A stretch of DNA of 64,000 nucleotides from an uncultured Desulfatitalea sp. (lineage in GTDB: Bacteria; Desulfobacterota; Desulfobacteria; Desulfobacterales; Desulfosarcinaceae), in assembly GCA_963668675.2 (NCBI GenBank), contig CAXXMB010000002.1:1760001-1824000 (forward strand), read 5' to 3'. Below, piece after piece: positions 34,516 to 45,606 of the stretch. Under the pieces are notes generated by a model. That model did not search any database, had not been told where the DNA came from, and was given only the letters and a program-made list of their open reading frames with translations. The translations under genes were made by a program, and so were the position numbers. Numbering within the stretch: the stretch's first letter is position 1; each line of letters begins with the position of its first letter.

Positions 34516-36453
34516 ATGGCGATGATTACTGCTGGAAGTGAAAAAGCGATCCCTGATACACCGAAAAGTGAAGGTGCTCAACCCGAGAAGAAAAGTCGCC
34601 TGGTGCAGCTTTCGCTGGCTGCGCTGGGGGTGGTTTTCGGGGATATCAGCACCAGCCCGATATATGCCATTAGGGAGTGTTTCCACGGTGAATACGGTAT
34701 CGATGTGAGTCATGCCAACATCTTGGGAATCCTTTCCCTGATGTTTTGGGCGCTGGTCATGATCGTGGGCTTCAAATACCTGGCATTCGTTTTTCGCGCC
34801 AACAACCATGGGGAAGGCGGTGAAATTGCTCTCATCGCCTTGATTCACGGTAAAAATGGGGATTCCGAAAACCAGCGAAGGTTAGGCGTCATCGCCCTGG
34901 GCCTTTTTGCGGCGTGCCTGCTGTATGGGGACGGCATGATCACCCCGGCGATTTCCGTTTTGAGCGCCGTGGAAGGGATTGGTATCGTCACCCCCGTTTT
35001 CGGGCGCTATGTGATCCCCATCACCATTGCCATTCTGATAGGCCTTTTTCTGATCCAGCGCCACGGTACAGCCCGGTTGGGCGGCCTCTTTGGGCCGGTG
35101 ATTCTGATTTGGCTCACTTTTTTGGCCGTGACCGGAGCCGCCCAAGTGGCCCATACGCCGCAAGTGCTCGCGGCGGTATTCCCGTGGTATGCAATCCACT
35201 TTCTGATTTTAAACAAACTGCAAGGGTTTATTGTGTTGGGCGCTGTTTTCCTGGTGGTCACCGGCACCGAGGCGTTATACGCCGATATGGGGCATTTCGG
35301 CACCCGGCCCATTCGTCTGACCTGGTTTGCCATTGCTTTTCCCGCCCTGGTGTTGAACTATTTCGGCCAGGGGGCCCTTCTCCTGGTCAACCCGGAAGCG
35401 GCGGGCCATCCTTTTTACGCGATGGTGCCCGCTTGGGCGATGGTTCCGACGGTATTGTTGGCCACCCTGGCCACCATCATCGCCTCCCAGGCGGTCATCA
35501 GCGGCGCTTTTTCCATGACCCGACAAGCGATCCAACTGGGATACCTCCCGCGTTTGAACATTCGGCATACCGCCGCAACGCAAATTGGCCAGATCTATGT
35601 GGCCCCGGTCAATTGGATGCTCATGGTCTGCACAATCTCCCTTGTGGCCGGCTTTCAATCTTCCAGCAAACTTGCGGCTGCATACGGGCTAGCCGTAACC
35701 TCAACGATGATCATTAACACAGTGCTGTTTTTTGTTGTGATCCGCAGAAAGTGGCATTGGCCTTTGATCTGGGCCGCACCGCTGGCAGCCCTCTTTTTAC
35801 TGGTGGACGTGCCTTTTTTTGCGGCCAACATCAGCAAAATCTTTCATGGTGCCTGGTTTCCGCTGGTTATCGGAGCTGCATTCTTTACACTGATGCTCAC
35901 CTGGGCCAAGGGACGCCGGATACTGACAGGCAAACTGCGTGAAAATATGCCACCCTTGCATCAATTTATCGTCGATCTGGGCAGCCGACCGCCATGTAAA
36001 ATCGAAGGGGACGCTGTTTATTTAACGGGAAATCAAAATGTCGTACCCGTGGCCCTGGCAAAGAACGTCAAGCACAACAACGTTATTCACAGTCGGACAA
36101 TATTGCTGCAGTTTCAGGTGGAAGATGTTCCGCGGGTTCCTAATCTCGAAAAGATTAAAACCGAAAAATTGGGCAGCGGGTTTCATCGCATCATGGCCCG
36201 CTATGGCTTCATGGAAGATCCCACGTTGGACAGTGTTCTGGCACTGGCGCGGGGGCAGGGTTTGGATCTCAATCCGGAAGCAACGAGTTTTTACATCGGC
36301 CGTGAAAACCTGGTTGTCGCGGAAACATCCGCCATGGCGCGCTGGCGTGCGAGCCTTTTCATTTTCATGTCCCGCAACGCGGCCGATGCCACCTCGTTTT
36401 TTAATCTTCCAGAGGATCGAGTGGTTGAGGTCGGCGTTCGGCTGTCAATCTGA
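34516..36453 (+). CDS. kup: Potassium transporter Kup
   Basis: ALGVVFGDISTSPIYA, YGDGMITPAISVLSAVEG, TGTEALYADMGHFG, ARYGFME. Confidence 0.95.
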   Translation: MAMITAGSEKAIPDTPKSEGAQPEKKSRLVQLSLAALGVVFGDISTSPIYAIRECFHGEYGIDVSHANILGILSLMFWALVMIVGFKYLAFVFRANNHGEGGEIALIALIHGKNGDSENQRRLGVIALGLFAACLLYGDGMITPAISVLSAVEGIGIVTPVFGRYVIPITIAILIGLFLIQRHGTARLGGLFGPVILIWLTFLAVTGAAQVAHTPQVLAAVFPWYAIHFLILNKLQGFIVLGAVFLVVTGTEALYADMGHFGTRPIRLTWFAIAFPALVLNYFGQGALLLVNPEAAGHPFYAMVPAWAMVPTVLLATLATIIASQAVISGAFSMTRQAIQLGYLPRLNIRHTAATQIGQIYVAPVNWMLMVCTISLVAGFQSSSKLAAAYGLAVTSTMIINTVLFFVVIRRKWHWPLIWAAPLAALFLLVDVPFFAANISKIFHGAWFPLVIGAAFFTLMLTWAKGRRILTGKLRENMPPLHQFIVDLGSRPPCKIEGDAVYLTGNQNVVPVALAKNVKHNNVIHSRTILLQFQVEDVPRVPNLEKIKTEKLGSGFHRIMARYGFMEDPTLDSVLALARGQGLDLNPEATSFYIGRENLVVAETSAMARWRASLFIFMSRNAADATSFFNLPEDRVVEVGVRLSI

Positions 36454-36651
36454 CCTGTCTGCCGATGGTCGGGATAATAAATTCAGGAATGCGTTGCAAG
36501 GGCTTCTTCCACTTGCATCAAATTCCTTATCGCTACTCTATTCCTTACCAGTTGTAGCGTACAGTAATTTTTCAATGATTGCTTGAAGTTGGATCATCCC
36601 TGATGCTATGATTAAAATCAGTATGTTATACGCCATCCATGAGGAAGCGGT

Positions 36652-39642
36652 ATGCCAACGAAAAAAAAGAGTACCGACGCCAAAGGGGTCAAAGCCAAAT
36701 CAAATACCAAGACCGGCCGGGTTAAGCGATCACAGTCAAGTATGAGCTTAAACAAAACGTTTCCGGTGGTCGGCTTGGGCGCATCCGCAGGCGGGCTGGA
36801 AGCGCTGAGATCCTTTTTTAACGAGGTGACGGTAAACAGCGGCATGGCCTTTATCGTGGTTGTCCATATGGCCCCCAAACAGCCGAGCCTGATGCCCGAA
36901 CTCTTACAAAAAGTAACCCCGGTACCGGTTTCAACCGCCAAAGATGGGCAGACCATCGCACCCGATCATATCTACGTCATTCCGCCGGACAAGGAGATAA
37001 GTGTATTCAAAGGCAAAATTCAGCTATTGGATATCATCGATAAACGCCCGATGCTGCCCATCGATTCGTTTCTAAAATCACTTGCCCGTGACCAAGGGGA
37101 CAATGCTGCGGCGGTTATATTATCGGGTACCGGTACGGATGGCACCCTCGGTGCGAAAGAGATTAAAGCCAACGACGGGCTGGTCCTGGCTCAATCGGAA
37201 GAATCGGCCGGCTATGACGGAATGCCCCGCAGTGTCATCAGCAGTGGTGTAGTGGATTTTATCATGGCACCGGATGAGATGCCTCAAAAGCTCACCCGCT
37301 ATTTTATGCACCATGATATTGCCCTCAAAAAAAAGCCTGCTGCTGACAGTAATCAACGGGCGTGGCTGAACAAGATCTTTGCTATTTTACGAACCCAGAT
37401 CGGACATGATTTTTCCCAATACAAGGTCAATACGCTGCTGCGCCGCATCAATCGCCGCATGGGAATGAACCAGATCGAAAACCATGGACAGTATGTGCGC
37501 TATCTGCGCGAAAATCCTGCCGAAGTACAAGCGTTGTTCAGCGAGCTGTTGATCGGGGTGACCCATTTTTTCCGCGACGCCGAGTCCTTCAATGCCCTTA
37601 AAACCAACATTCTTCCGGAGCTGCTTGGCCAATTGAAAGAAGACGACACCTTCCGGGCTTGGATTGCAGGATGCTCCACGGGCGAAGAGGTCTATTCACT
37701 GGCGATGGTGATCCGCGAGCTGCTGGACACAAACCTCAAACATATCAACCTGCAATTGTTCGGCACGGACATTGATCATCATGCCATCGATAAAGCCAGG
37801 CAAGGGATTTTTCCGGCCGGCATCGCAGCCGATGTCAGTGACGAGCGGCTGAAGCGGTTTTTCATCAAAGAGGGCGAGTCGTTTCGCATCCGCAAAGAGA
37901 TCAGAGACTGTGCCGTCTTCTCTGCTCAGGATCTGATCAAAGATCCGCCTTTTTCGCGACTGCATCTGCTGTGCTGCCGTAACCTGTTGATCTACCTGAA
38001 CAGCGAAGCCCAAAAAAAGCTTTTGCCTTTGTTCCATTACACCCTGCTGCCCGAAGGCGTCCTTATGTTGGGATCCTCGGAAACCATCGGCGGGTTTTCC
38101 AACCTGTTCAACACCCTGGATAAAAAATGGAAAATATTTAAACGGCGCGAGGTGCCGCATGCCCTGCGTCAGCAGGTCGACTTTCCCAGCGGACCACCCA
38201 CGCCGGACAGAGGCGCCGGGGTCGCTGAGGGGGCCGCAACAGCAGAAGAGAAAGTCAATATCGCCCAGATCACGCAACGGGCCATCCTTGAACAGTTTGC
38301 CCCCACAGCCCTTCTCATCAATGCCGAAGGTAATATTTTGCATGTCCAGGGCCGCACCGGAAAATACCTGGAAACCCCCAGCGGCCCCCCCACGCGCAAC
38401 ATCATCGACATGACCCGGGAGGGGCTGCGCATCGAACTCTCCTCGGCCATCCGGGCGGCCAAATCTTCCAACCAACGGGTAACGCGCAGGAACATGGCCG
38501 TTAAAGTAAACGGCGACATCCGGCTGGTCGACCTGCATGTTTGTCCCCAGAATACACCCAAGGCGCTTTCCAGGTCCTTGCTGGTGGTTTTCGAAGATGT
38601 CGAAGCTGCAATGCCATCAGGTTCTCAGCAGGGTGATGAAGGACACTTGCACCAAGAGGCCAGTCGCATTGAAGCGCTGGAAAGAGAACTGCTGAGCACC
38701 CGCGAAAGCCATCAGACCGCCGTCGAAGAAATGGAGTCTTCCAACGAGGAGCTCAAATCCATTAACGAAGAGATGCAGTCTTCCAATGAAGAGCTCCAGT
38801 CGAGCAACGAGGAGTTGGAATCTTCCAGGGAAGAGCTTCAATCTTTGAACGAAGAGCTGCATACGGTCAATGCCGAGCTGCAAAGCAAGGTGGAAGAGCT
38901 GTCGGCAGTCCACGACGATATGCGCAATCTGCTCAACAGCACGGAGATCGGCACCATTTTCGTGGACAAAAACATGCGGGTCAGGCGCTTTACCTTGCAA
39001 GCCACCACCATCATCAATCTGATTCAATCCGACATCGGGCGCCCGTTGCAGCACCTGGTCACCAACCTCTCCTATGAGGGAATGATCAGCGACCTGAGCG
39101 ATGTGCTGAAAAAGCTCACCCCCAAGGAGGTCGAGGTGCAGACCACGGAAGGTGCATGGTATAAGATGCGCATTATCCCCTATCGCACCACGGATAACCG
39201 GATCGACGGTGCAGTGCTCACCTTTGCCTCCATTACTGAACAGAAACAGGCCCAACTCGTGCTGAGCGCCGCCAAACTGGAAATGGAGCAGGCCTGGCTG
39301 TTGATACGCAATATTTTCGACATGAATTCCGATCCGCTGGTCGTGCTTGACCAGGAGGGCAAGATGGTCACGGCCAATTCGGCTTTTGCGGATATAACGA
39401 ACCTGCGCCCTGAAAAAATTAAGGACATGGATATCTTCAACATCAACAGCCGTCTGCCGGGGGGGGGCGACCTGATGGCCGATTTAAAAACGGCTTTGGC
39501 AAAAGGGGAGAATTTCCAGATCAGTCCAGGAAAGATGTCCCCATCAGAAAAGACAGGCGCCTACCTGATGATGGGTCAGATCATTCGTACAGACGACGCA
39601 TTGCCCTATCGTATTCTTCTGCGGTTTGTAAAGGAGCGCTGA
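36652..39642 (+). CDS. CheB methylesterase-CheR methyltransferase-PAS/coiled-coil fusion, no kinase domain
   Basis: GASAGG / VVH / GTGTDG triad; FFRD, AGCSTGEE and CRNLLIY; (S/T)NEELQS heptads; PAS domains. Confidence 0.93.
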   Translation: MPTKKKSTDAKGVKAKSNTKTGRVKRSQSSMSLNKTFPVVGLGASAGGLEALRSFFNEVTVNSGMAFIVVVHMAPKQPSLMPELLQKVTPVPVSTAKDGQTIAPDHIYVIPPDKEISVFKGKIQLLDIIDKRPMLPIDSFLKSLARDQGDNAAAVILSGTGTDGTLGAKEIKANDGLVLAQSEESAGYDGMPRSVISSGVVDFIMAPDEMPQKLTRYFMHHDIALKKKPAADSNQRAWLNKIFAILRTQIGHDFSQYKVNTLLRRINRRMGMNQIENHGQYVRYLRENPAEVQALFSELLIGVTHFFRDAESFNALKTNILPELLGQLKEDDTFRAWIAGCSTGEEVYSLAMVIRELLDTNLKHINLQLFGTDIDHHAIDKARQGIFPAGIAADVSDERLKRFFIKEGESFRIRKEIRDCAVFSAQDLIKDPPFSRLHLLCCRNLLIYLNSEAQKKLLPLFHYTLLPEGVLMLGSSETIGGFSNLFNTLDKKWKIFKRREVPHALRQQVDFPSGPPTPDRGAGVAEGAATAEEKVNIAQITQRAILEQFAPTALLINAEGNILHVQGRTGKYLETPSGPPTRNIIDMTREGLRIELSSAIRAAKSSNQRVTRRNMAVKVNGDIRLVDLHVCPQNTPKALSRSLLVVFEDVEAAMPSGSQQGDEGHLHQEASRIEALERELLSTRESHQTAVEEMESSNEELKSINEEMQSSNEELQSSNEELESSREELQSLNEELHTVNAELQSKVEELSAVHDDMRNLLNSTEIGTIFVDKNMRVRRFTLQATTIINLIQSDIGRPLQHLVTNLSYEGMISDLSDVLKKLTPKEVEVQTTEGAWYKMRIIPYRTTDNRIDGAVLTFASITEQKQAQLVLSAAKLEMEQAWLLIRNIFDMNSDPLVVLDQEGKMVTANSAFADITNLRPEKIKDMDIFNINSRLPGGGDLMADLKTALAKGENFQISPGKMSPSEKTGAYLMMGQIIRTDDALPYRILLRFVKER

Positions 39643-39655
39643 AAGGAAGTAGAAA

Positions 39656-41188
39656 ATGAGGCCCCCTCAACATCAATCAGATCAATCAAACAAATTCGAT
39701 CGGCTTCGCCGGCAAGCCGAAAAATTGATCAAAGAACGATCCGAACTTGACTTTCAAGCACCCGCCGATTTGCTCGAATTGATCCACGAACTCAAAATCC
39801 ACCAGGCGGAACTGGAGATCCAGAACGAAGAGCTCAAACGGGCGCAACTGGAACTGACCGACCTGTATCGTCAATTTGAGGATCTCTATGAATTTGCGCC
39901 ATGCGGCTATCTGAGCCTCAATCCAAAGGGATTGATTGCCCGCATTAATCTGGCCGGGGCGATGCTTTTAAATGGGTTGCGCAAAAACATCCTGCACAGC
40001 GGTTTCAGCCAGTTCATTGTCCCGGACTGGCAAGATGCCTACCTTGACGCCCTTAATAAAGCCGGTCGGACCGGCGAAAAACAAAGTTTGGAATTGCAGC
40101 TCAATAGTGCCAAAGGATCAGACACCTGGGTCTGGGCGCAGATCCAGGCGAATCGGGCTGAAAACGGGGCGGTAATTCAGTGGCGGATGACACTGGTGGA
40201 TATCTCTGCAAAAAAGGAAATTGATATCGCCTTGCACAGCAGTGAGAAGAAGTTTCGGCAGTTGTTCCATGAAATGGTCGGCGGGGCCGTTTTACTGGAG
40301 ATCACGAACCGGGATAAGCGGGGTCGACCCACCGTTGCCCGCATTGTGGAGGCAAACGCGGCTTTCGAGCGCCTGACCGACATCCCGCGCGACCAGGCGG
40401 TGGGCAGAACCATGCGCGAGATCTGGCCGCAGAAGGGATCCTATTGGTTCAAACTATTCAGCCGGGCCATGCGCAGCGGCAAACCCTTTCAGGTGGAGCA
40501 AAAACATCAGCAATTGGGCCGGCATTTCCTGGTATCGGCTTTTGTGTTGGAAGATCAACGCATCGGCGCCACATTTATTGATATCAGCGCCCAAAAAAAA
40601 ATCGAAGAGACACTCGACAAGGCCAAGCGTAATCTGGGAATCCAAGTCAAAAACCGCACAGCGGAATTGTTGCTGGCCAATCAGAAGCTTCAAGATGAGG
40701 TTGAATCCCGAAAGCTTGCCCAAGGTGCGTTGCTGCAAAAATCTAAAGAGCTGGAGGTTTATGCAGTTGGATTGGAAGAGGCCAACATCGCCTTAAAGGT
40801 GCTGCTCAAAGAGCGTGAAAATGAGCGTCACGCACTTGAAGAAAAGGTGGTTTGCAACATTAATGAGCTGACCCAGCCGCACCTTGAAAAACTGGCAGCC
40901 GGGAACCTGAATCAACGGCAACGGGCCATAGTCGATTCCATAAAAAGCAGCCTGGACGACATTACCTCACCGCTTAGCCGGCGGTTCATCATCGAGAGCA
41001 GTCATCTAACGCCTGTGGAGTCCCAGGTGGCCACTTTTATCCGCAAAGGTAAAACCACCAAGGAGATTGCCGGCTTTATGGGCGTGGAAACCAGCACCAT
41101 CGATTTTCACCGACTCAATATTCGCCGCAAGCTCGGACTGACCGGTAAAAAGATAAATTTAGAATCTCATCTCAAATCTCTACTGTGA
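39656..41188 (+). CDS. PAS-PAS-LuxR HTH transcriptional regulator
   Basis: [17 protein letters not shown] coil, PAS domains, C-terminal [31 protein letters not shown]. Confidence 0.9.
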   Translation: MRPPQHQSDQSNKFDRLRRQAEKLIKERSELDFQAPADLLELIHELKIHQAELEIQNEELKRAQLELTDLYRQFEDLYEFAPCGYLSLNPKGLIARINLAGAMLLNGLRKNILHSGFSQFIVPDWQDAYLDALNKAGRTGEKQSLELQLNSAKGSDTWVWAQIQANRAENGAVIQWRMTLVDISAKKEIDIALHSSEKKFRQLFHEMVGGAVLLEITNRDKRGRPTVARIVEANAAFERLTDIPRDQAVGRTMREIWPQKGSYWFKLFSRAMRSGKPFQVEQKHQQLGRHFLVSAFVLEDQRIGATFIDISAQKKIEETLDKAKRNLGIQVKNRTAELLLANQKLQDEVESRKLAQGALLQKSKELEVYAVGLEEANIALKVLLKERENERHALEEKVVCNINELTQPHLEKLAAGNLNQRQRAIVDSIKSSLDDITSPLSRRFIIESSHLTPVESQVATFIRKGKTTKEIAGFMGVETSTIDFHRLNIRRKLGLTGKKINLESHLKSLL

Positions 41189-41291
41189 TATGTGGATTTG
41201 CCCCGCATTGCCCTCCTGTTTGTCCCGTCTTGCCGTATTGCAGCTGTTTGATTATTGTTAACACTGAAGAAAAGAGACCCAACAGTAGTTG

Positions 41292-41413
41292 TTAAAGCGG
41301 CAATTAAATAGACCAACCTTTGTCATCCCGGACTTGATCCGGGATCCAGCAGCCGTCTGGGTTCCGTCTTTCGCGGGAATGGCGGTTGTTGCGGTATTTA
41401 GTTGCCGAGTTAA
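41292..41413. mobile_element. 122-bp MITE/REP-like palindromic element, copy 1
   Basis: Ends TTAAAGCGGCAATTAA ... TTAGTTGCCGAGTTAA; core GTCATCCCGGACTTGATCCGGGATCC; same length as the copy at 58248. Confidence 0.8.
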
Positions 41414-41597
41414 TAACATCGCCTGCAGGCATGCAATGGAGAGATGCAAACACTCGGCGCTGAAGGCTGGCCCGTCTCAAGGCGGAAGTAGTAAGTCCCC
41501 TAAGATTGCTTTTCGATATCCATGGGATCAAAACCCTTTTTTCCAACTGCTGTAGTCCGGCGCAATAGCACGTCAAATCATATAGACGGGGTGACAT

Positions 41598-42128
41598 ATG
41601 GCATTCGTTTCAGAAGTAAAAACAGTCTACCAGACGCATGACGCAACATCATACAGGCCCGAACCCCTGCGCGCCCTGGTCGTGGATGATGATCATTGCT
41701 TGGTGCAAGTCGTGCAGCAAATGATGGAAGTTCTCGGATTCAGGGCCGACTCTGCCAACGGGGGCCATGCAGCCATAAGATATCTATCCCAATCCAGGTA
41801 TGATTTAATGGTAACCGACCTGCAAATGCCGGACATGGACGGTTATGAGCTATCCGGCTGGCTCAAAAATAAATCCAAGGATACAAGAGTGATCGTCATG
41901 ACGGGGTGCTGCCACGCCGATGTGGTTAATTATATGAACACCGGCATAGTAGATCGCTGGATGTTCAAGCCGTTTAGCTTGACCAAGCTGGCTGGGATCG
42001 TGGGTGAGTTGGTCCCCGCCGATTACCTAAGTCCCTTTGCCAAAACCAAGATCACTGTCTGCCATCCTGGATCAGCGCCTGACGACGGTCAGCGTAAAGC
42101 CATAGTACGGGGTTTCCCCCCCTATTAA
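41598..42128 (+). CDS. Stand-alone response regulator receiver protein
   Basis: LVVDDD, TDLQMPDMDG, MTG and FKPF. Confidence 0.88.
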   Translation: MAFVSEVKTVYQTHDATSYRPEPLRALVVDDDHCLVQVVQQMMEVLGFRADSANGGHAAIRYLSQSRYDLMVTDLQMPDMDGYELSGWLKNKSKDTRVIVMTGCCHADVVNYMNTGIVDRWMFKPFSLTKLAGIVGELVPADYLSPFAKTKITVCHPGSAPDDGQRKAIVRGFPPY

Positions 42129-42423
42129 GCTCGCTGGCAACCCATATTGAGTTTCCGGCCCCGCCATTCATATAATAGAACTTCGTCGTTTAATTAGGTC
42201 TAAACCAAAACAGTGTTCTCGAGAACGCGGCAAGCCTGATTTATGCTTGTTGATAAATGACCCGAACCAGGTATCTACCTCTCTTCTCGTGTAATTGCCC
42301 GAAGCACTGATACAGGTGCTGTCCCATTTCGCCTGATGATATAACCGTACCGCCTCAATGGCTCGACACCGATTGTTTTTCGACCGCTGTCAAAAGAGCC
42401 ACCTTCAAGATAGGAAAAATATA

Positions 42424-42885
42424 ATGACATCCGGCATCGATACTGTTGAAAACAAAGCATCATCCTTGGCTTCACGTTGTTTTGAGACGCCTTATCCGAA
42501 GCAAAAGAGAAAAGGCGCCCATCCTATCCGCAGCCTGGTGGTCGATGATGACAACACGATTCTCAATTACGTGGCCCAAATGCTCACCAACATAGGACTC
42601 CAAACGGTTAAAACCGCTCAAAAAATACCTGAGGTGATGAACGAACTGGCCACCGGTTCTTACGATCTATTGGTCACGGATCTAGAGATGCCTGATATCA
42701 ATGGTTACCAATTAGCCCATGAGATCAAAAAGGAGGCACATGACATCAAGGTAATCATCATGACGGGTCGTCCTGAGGAGGCTTGTCTTGATATGATGGC
42801 CACGCAACGTGCGGACGGGTGGCTTTTCAAGCCTTTTGGATTGAACGAGCTTCGTTCAAAGCTGAAAGGATTAGGGTTGGTTTGA
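42424..42885 (+). CDS. Stand-alone response regulator receiver protein
   Basis: LVVDDD, TDLEMPDING, MTG and FKPF. Confidence 0.88.
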   Translation: MTSGIDTVENKASSLASRCFETPYPKQKRKGAHPIRSLVVDDDNTILNYVAQMLTNIGLQTVKTAQKIPEVMNELATGSYDLLVTDLEMPDINGYQLAHEIKKEAHDIKVIIMTGRPEEACLDMMATQRADGWLFKPFGLNELRSKLKGLGLV

Positions 42886-42965
42886 TCATCGACAGCAAGA
42901 ATAACTGCGCACATCAAGCACCTGGAATTGATTGTTCGTAAACAACAGAAAAAGGAGAATTGAAA

Positions 42966-43217
42966 ATGAATAGAATTGAGACGCCAATGGATCAACTGGT
43001 CACCCTGATCGCACAGTCGCTCGTGGACCGCCCCGAGGCTGTTCTAGTCAACGCTATTGAAGGCAACCACACCATGGTACTGGAACTTCGTGTTGCCAGG
43101 GAGGATATCGGCAAGGTTATCGGCAAACAGGGTCGCACAGCCCAGGCCATGCGGACACTTATCTCAGCAGTCTCATCAAAAATCAGAAAACGTGCGGTCC
43201 TTGAAATCGTTGAATGA
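42966..43217 (+). CDS. khpA: KH-domain RNA-binding protein (KhpA/YlqC family)
   Basis: LVDRPEAV.V...LELRVA.EDIGKVIGKQGRTA.AMRT. Confidence 0.9.
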   Translation: MNRIETPMDQLVTLIAQSLVDRPEAVLVNAIEGNHTMVLELRVAREDIGKVIGKQGRTAQAMRTLISAVSSKIRKRAVLEIVE

Positions 43218-43368
43218 AGAACAATCAAACAGACATCACCAATTCTGAAAAACATGGAGGATCGATCACACATGCGGGGAGAGATATTTCAAGAGGGACC
43301 TGCGCCAGGCGCATATTTACCGCCGGGCGCATCAAACAACAACGTAACTAGAGGGGAAGGAAAAGACC

Positions 43369-43659
43369 ATGAAAAGAAAAGAGATGATATGGAAACTATT
43401 GGCCGTGGTGGCCATCATCGGGCTGCTGTCCACAGGTAACGTCCTGGCGGGCGAGCAGAGCATTTCAGGCACCGTTGAAAAAGGCGCTCAGGGCATCATG
43501 ATTTCAACCGATGACGGCCAGAGTTATGCGGTCCAGGGCAAGGATCTGTCCGACATGGTGGGCAAAACCGTCAAAGCCACCGGGACATTAGAGGAAGGCA
43601 AGTCCGGCAACACCATTAATGTGACAATGGTGGAAGAAGTTAAAGAGATGAAGGAGTAA
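43369..43659 (+). CDS. Small exported protein, probable OB-fold
   Basis: Signal peptide; ISGTVEK...GKTVKATG.L...INV..VE. Confidence 0.65.
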   Translation: MKRKEMIWKLLAVVAIIGLLSTGNVLAGEQSISGTVEKGAQGIMISTDDGQSYAVQGKDLSDMVGKTVKATGTLEEGKSGNTINVTMVEEVKEMKE

Positions 43660-43809
43660 GAACCGTCGCGCCATGCTGGTCGGCAACGAATTCCGATGCT
43701 TACTACGGAATTCGATCCGGTCCGGATGTAGCATACCCCGCCCGGGAACGGATAGTTGACTGACCCGGGTCAAGCTTCCGTTCCCAAAATGAATTCTTCC
43801 TTTATTGCT

Positions 43810-43849
43810 GCCGGTGCCGTCCACTCCCTGCTGGGTGGCACCGGCTTTT
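43810..43849 (+). terminator. Rho-independent terminator candidate
   Basis: GCCGGTGCC ... GGCACCGGC followed by TTTT. Confidence 0.5.
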
Positions 43850-43886
43850 CTGCATCAACGATATTAACGCGGACCTCCCCAAAAAG

Positions 43887-44031
43887 GGTCATATATGAAC
43901 ATCGGCGACATACGACCATGGGGAGACACCTGTTTTCAATCCCACTGACAGCATTGTTTCCAAATAATTCATATAAATCTAACTGATGTGTAACATGGCG
44001 TATGGCCTGCCGAATCAGGCATGATATGTGA
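43887..44031 (+). promoter_or_regulatory. Cassette 5 (degenerate)
   Basis: GGTCATATATGAAC-ATC-GGCGACATACGACC at 43887; AGGCAT-GATAT-GTGA at 44017 (130 bp). Confidence 0.55.
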
Positions 44032-44260
44032 CTATATAAAACCTGTGAATGCTTCTGGAATACTTGTCATCGCTCGCGCACACCTCCGCTATTTTGGCGA
44101 CCTTCAAGCCAATCGCCATTGAGAGAAGGCGGCTTATTAAATTTATGCCTTTCGAAACGCAAAGAAAATGTGCCGGCCCTTTAGTATCGATTCCGGATGA
44201 TAGGTTGGGTTTTTCTCTTTTTTACCGTGTTGTCATTCTATATTCCCTCGCCCCCGAAAG

Positions 44261-44405
44261 GGTCATATATGACCATTGGTTGAATGTGACCCCGTTTCCG
44301 CGAATAATTATGATCGTCAGTTAGCATTCTCTATACTTTTTTCCCTTATAAATCAGAATTATACGGTATAAAAGACCAATATTTGAGATTTGGCATGAAG
44401 TTTGA
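44261..44405 (+). promoter_or_regulatory. Cassette 6, upstream of hflKC
   Basis: GGTCATATATGACC-ATT-GGTTGAATGTGACC at 44261; TGGCAT-GAAGT-TTGA at 44391 (130 bp). Confidence 0.8.
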
Positions 44406-44556
44406 TCTTAACAATAACATACAAAAACCCAAATTACTGTCTGGAGGGAGTGTTTTCACCCAAGCGATGAAACCGCTCGTTCGCGATAAAAAAGGATGCG
44501 TCTTTTTTACCGAAAAATTGATCAAGATGGCCGACGCATCCATCAGGAGGTAAGTT

Positions 44557-45606
44557 ATGGTTGAATGGAATCAATCCCCAGGGGGATCCACGCCGACGTT
44601 GGATGACGTGCTGGAGAATATCCGCCGGCAGTTTAAACGCGTCAAGGGTGGCCCGATCCTGATTGTCGCCGCCGTTGTGGTCGTGATTGTCGGATGGACC
44701 ACATGGTTCACCGTCCAACCCGAGGAGACGGGAATCGTACAGCGCTTCGGCCGCGTCATGCGCACGGCCGGTCCGGGACTGCACTTCAAGCTGCCTTTCG
44801 GTTTCGAAAAAGTCCGTGTGCTGCCCACGGCTCGCGTGCTCAAAGAGGAGTTCGGGTTTCGGACGATCTCGGTTTCCGCAGTTCCCGGTGAAAAGACCCG
44901 ATATGATACACGCGGCGCTTATAAGGACGAGTCGCTGATGCTCACCGGGGATCTGAACGTCATCGATGTTCAGTGGATCGTCCAGTACCGCATCGAAGAC
45001 CCGATCCGCTACCTGTTTCAGGTCCGCGACACATCGAAAACAATCCGCGACACCACCGAGGCGGTCATGCGCCGCGCGGTCGGCAACCGTCTGGGCAGCG
45101 ATGTACTGACCACCGGACGGGTGGCGGTGGCCAGTGAAGCCAAAGTCGAAATCCAGAAAATCCTGACAACCTATGAGTCCGGAGTGCGTCTGGTTACCGT
45201 GGAACTTCAGGATGTGACCCCACCGGATACCGTAAAACCAGCCTTTAATGAAGTCAACGAGTCGCGCCAGGACAAAGAGCGAACGATCAATAAGGCCCAG
45301 GAACAGGCCAACCGGGAAATCCCCAAAGCCCGAGGGGTGGCTACACAAAGCATCAGCGAGGCCGAAGGTTACGCATTGGAACGCGTAAACCGGGCCAAAG
45401 GAGAGGCCACCCGTTTTGAGGCCATTTTAGGACAATATGAACAGGCGCCGCAGGTTACGCGCCGGCGACTGTATCTGGAGGCCATGACCGGTTTCCTGTC
45501 AGACATGAAAGGGCTCTATATCGTGGATAAGGACCAGAAGGCAATGGTGCCTTGGCTCCCATTGGAATCCAGTGGGCAACCATCTGCACAAGGGAGGCAG
45601 CCATGA
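44557..45606 (+). CDS. hflK: FtsH modulator HflK (SPFH domain)
   Basis: GIVQRFGR..GPGLHFKLP, SLMLTGDLN, LQDVTPP..VKPAFNEV, AP.VTRRRLYLE. Confidence 0.92.
   Translation: MVEWNQSPGGSTPTLDDVLENIRRQFKRVKGGPILIVAAVVVVIVGWTTWFTVQPEETGIVQRFGRVMRTAGPGLHFKLPFGFEKVRVLPTARVLKEEFGFRTISVSAVPGEKTRYDTRGAYKDESLMLTGDLNVIDVQWIVQYRIEDPIRYLFQVRDTSKTIRDTTEAVMRRAVGNRLGSDVLTTGRVAVASEAKVEIQKILTTYESGVRLVTVELQDVTPPDTVKPAFNEVNESRQDKERTINKAQEQANREIPKARGVATQSISEAEGYALERVNRAKGEATRFEAILGQYEQAPQVTRRRLYLEAMTGFLSDMKGLYIVDKDQKAMVPWLPLESSGQPSAQGRQP

Noticed and set aside
38730..38860. Tandem 21-bp DNA repeats
   Set aside because: They encode the NEELQS heptads normal for CheB/CheR fusion proteins.
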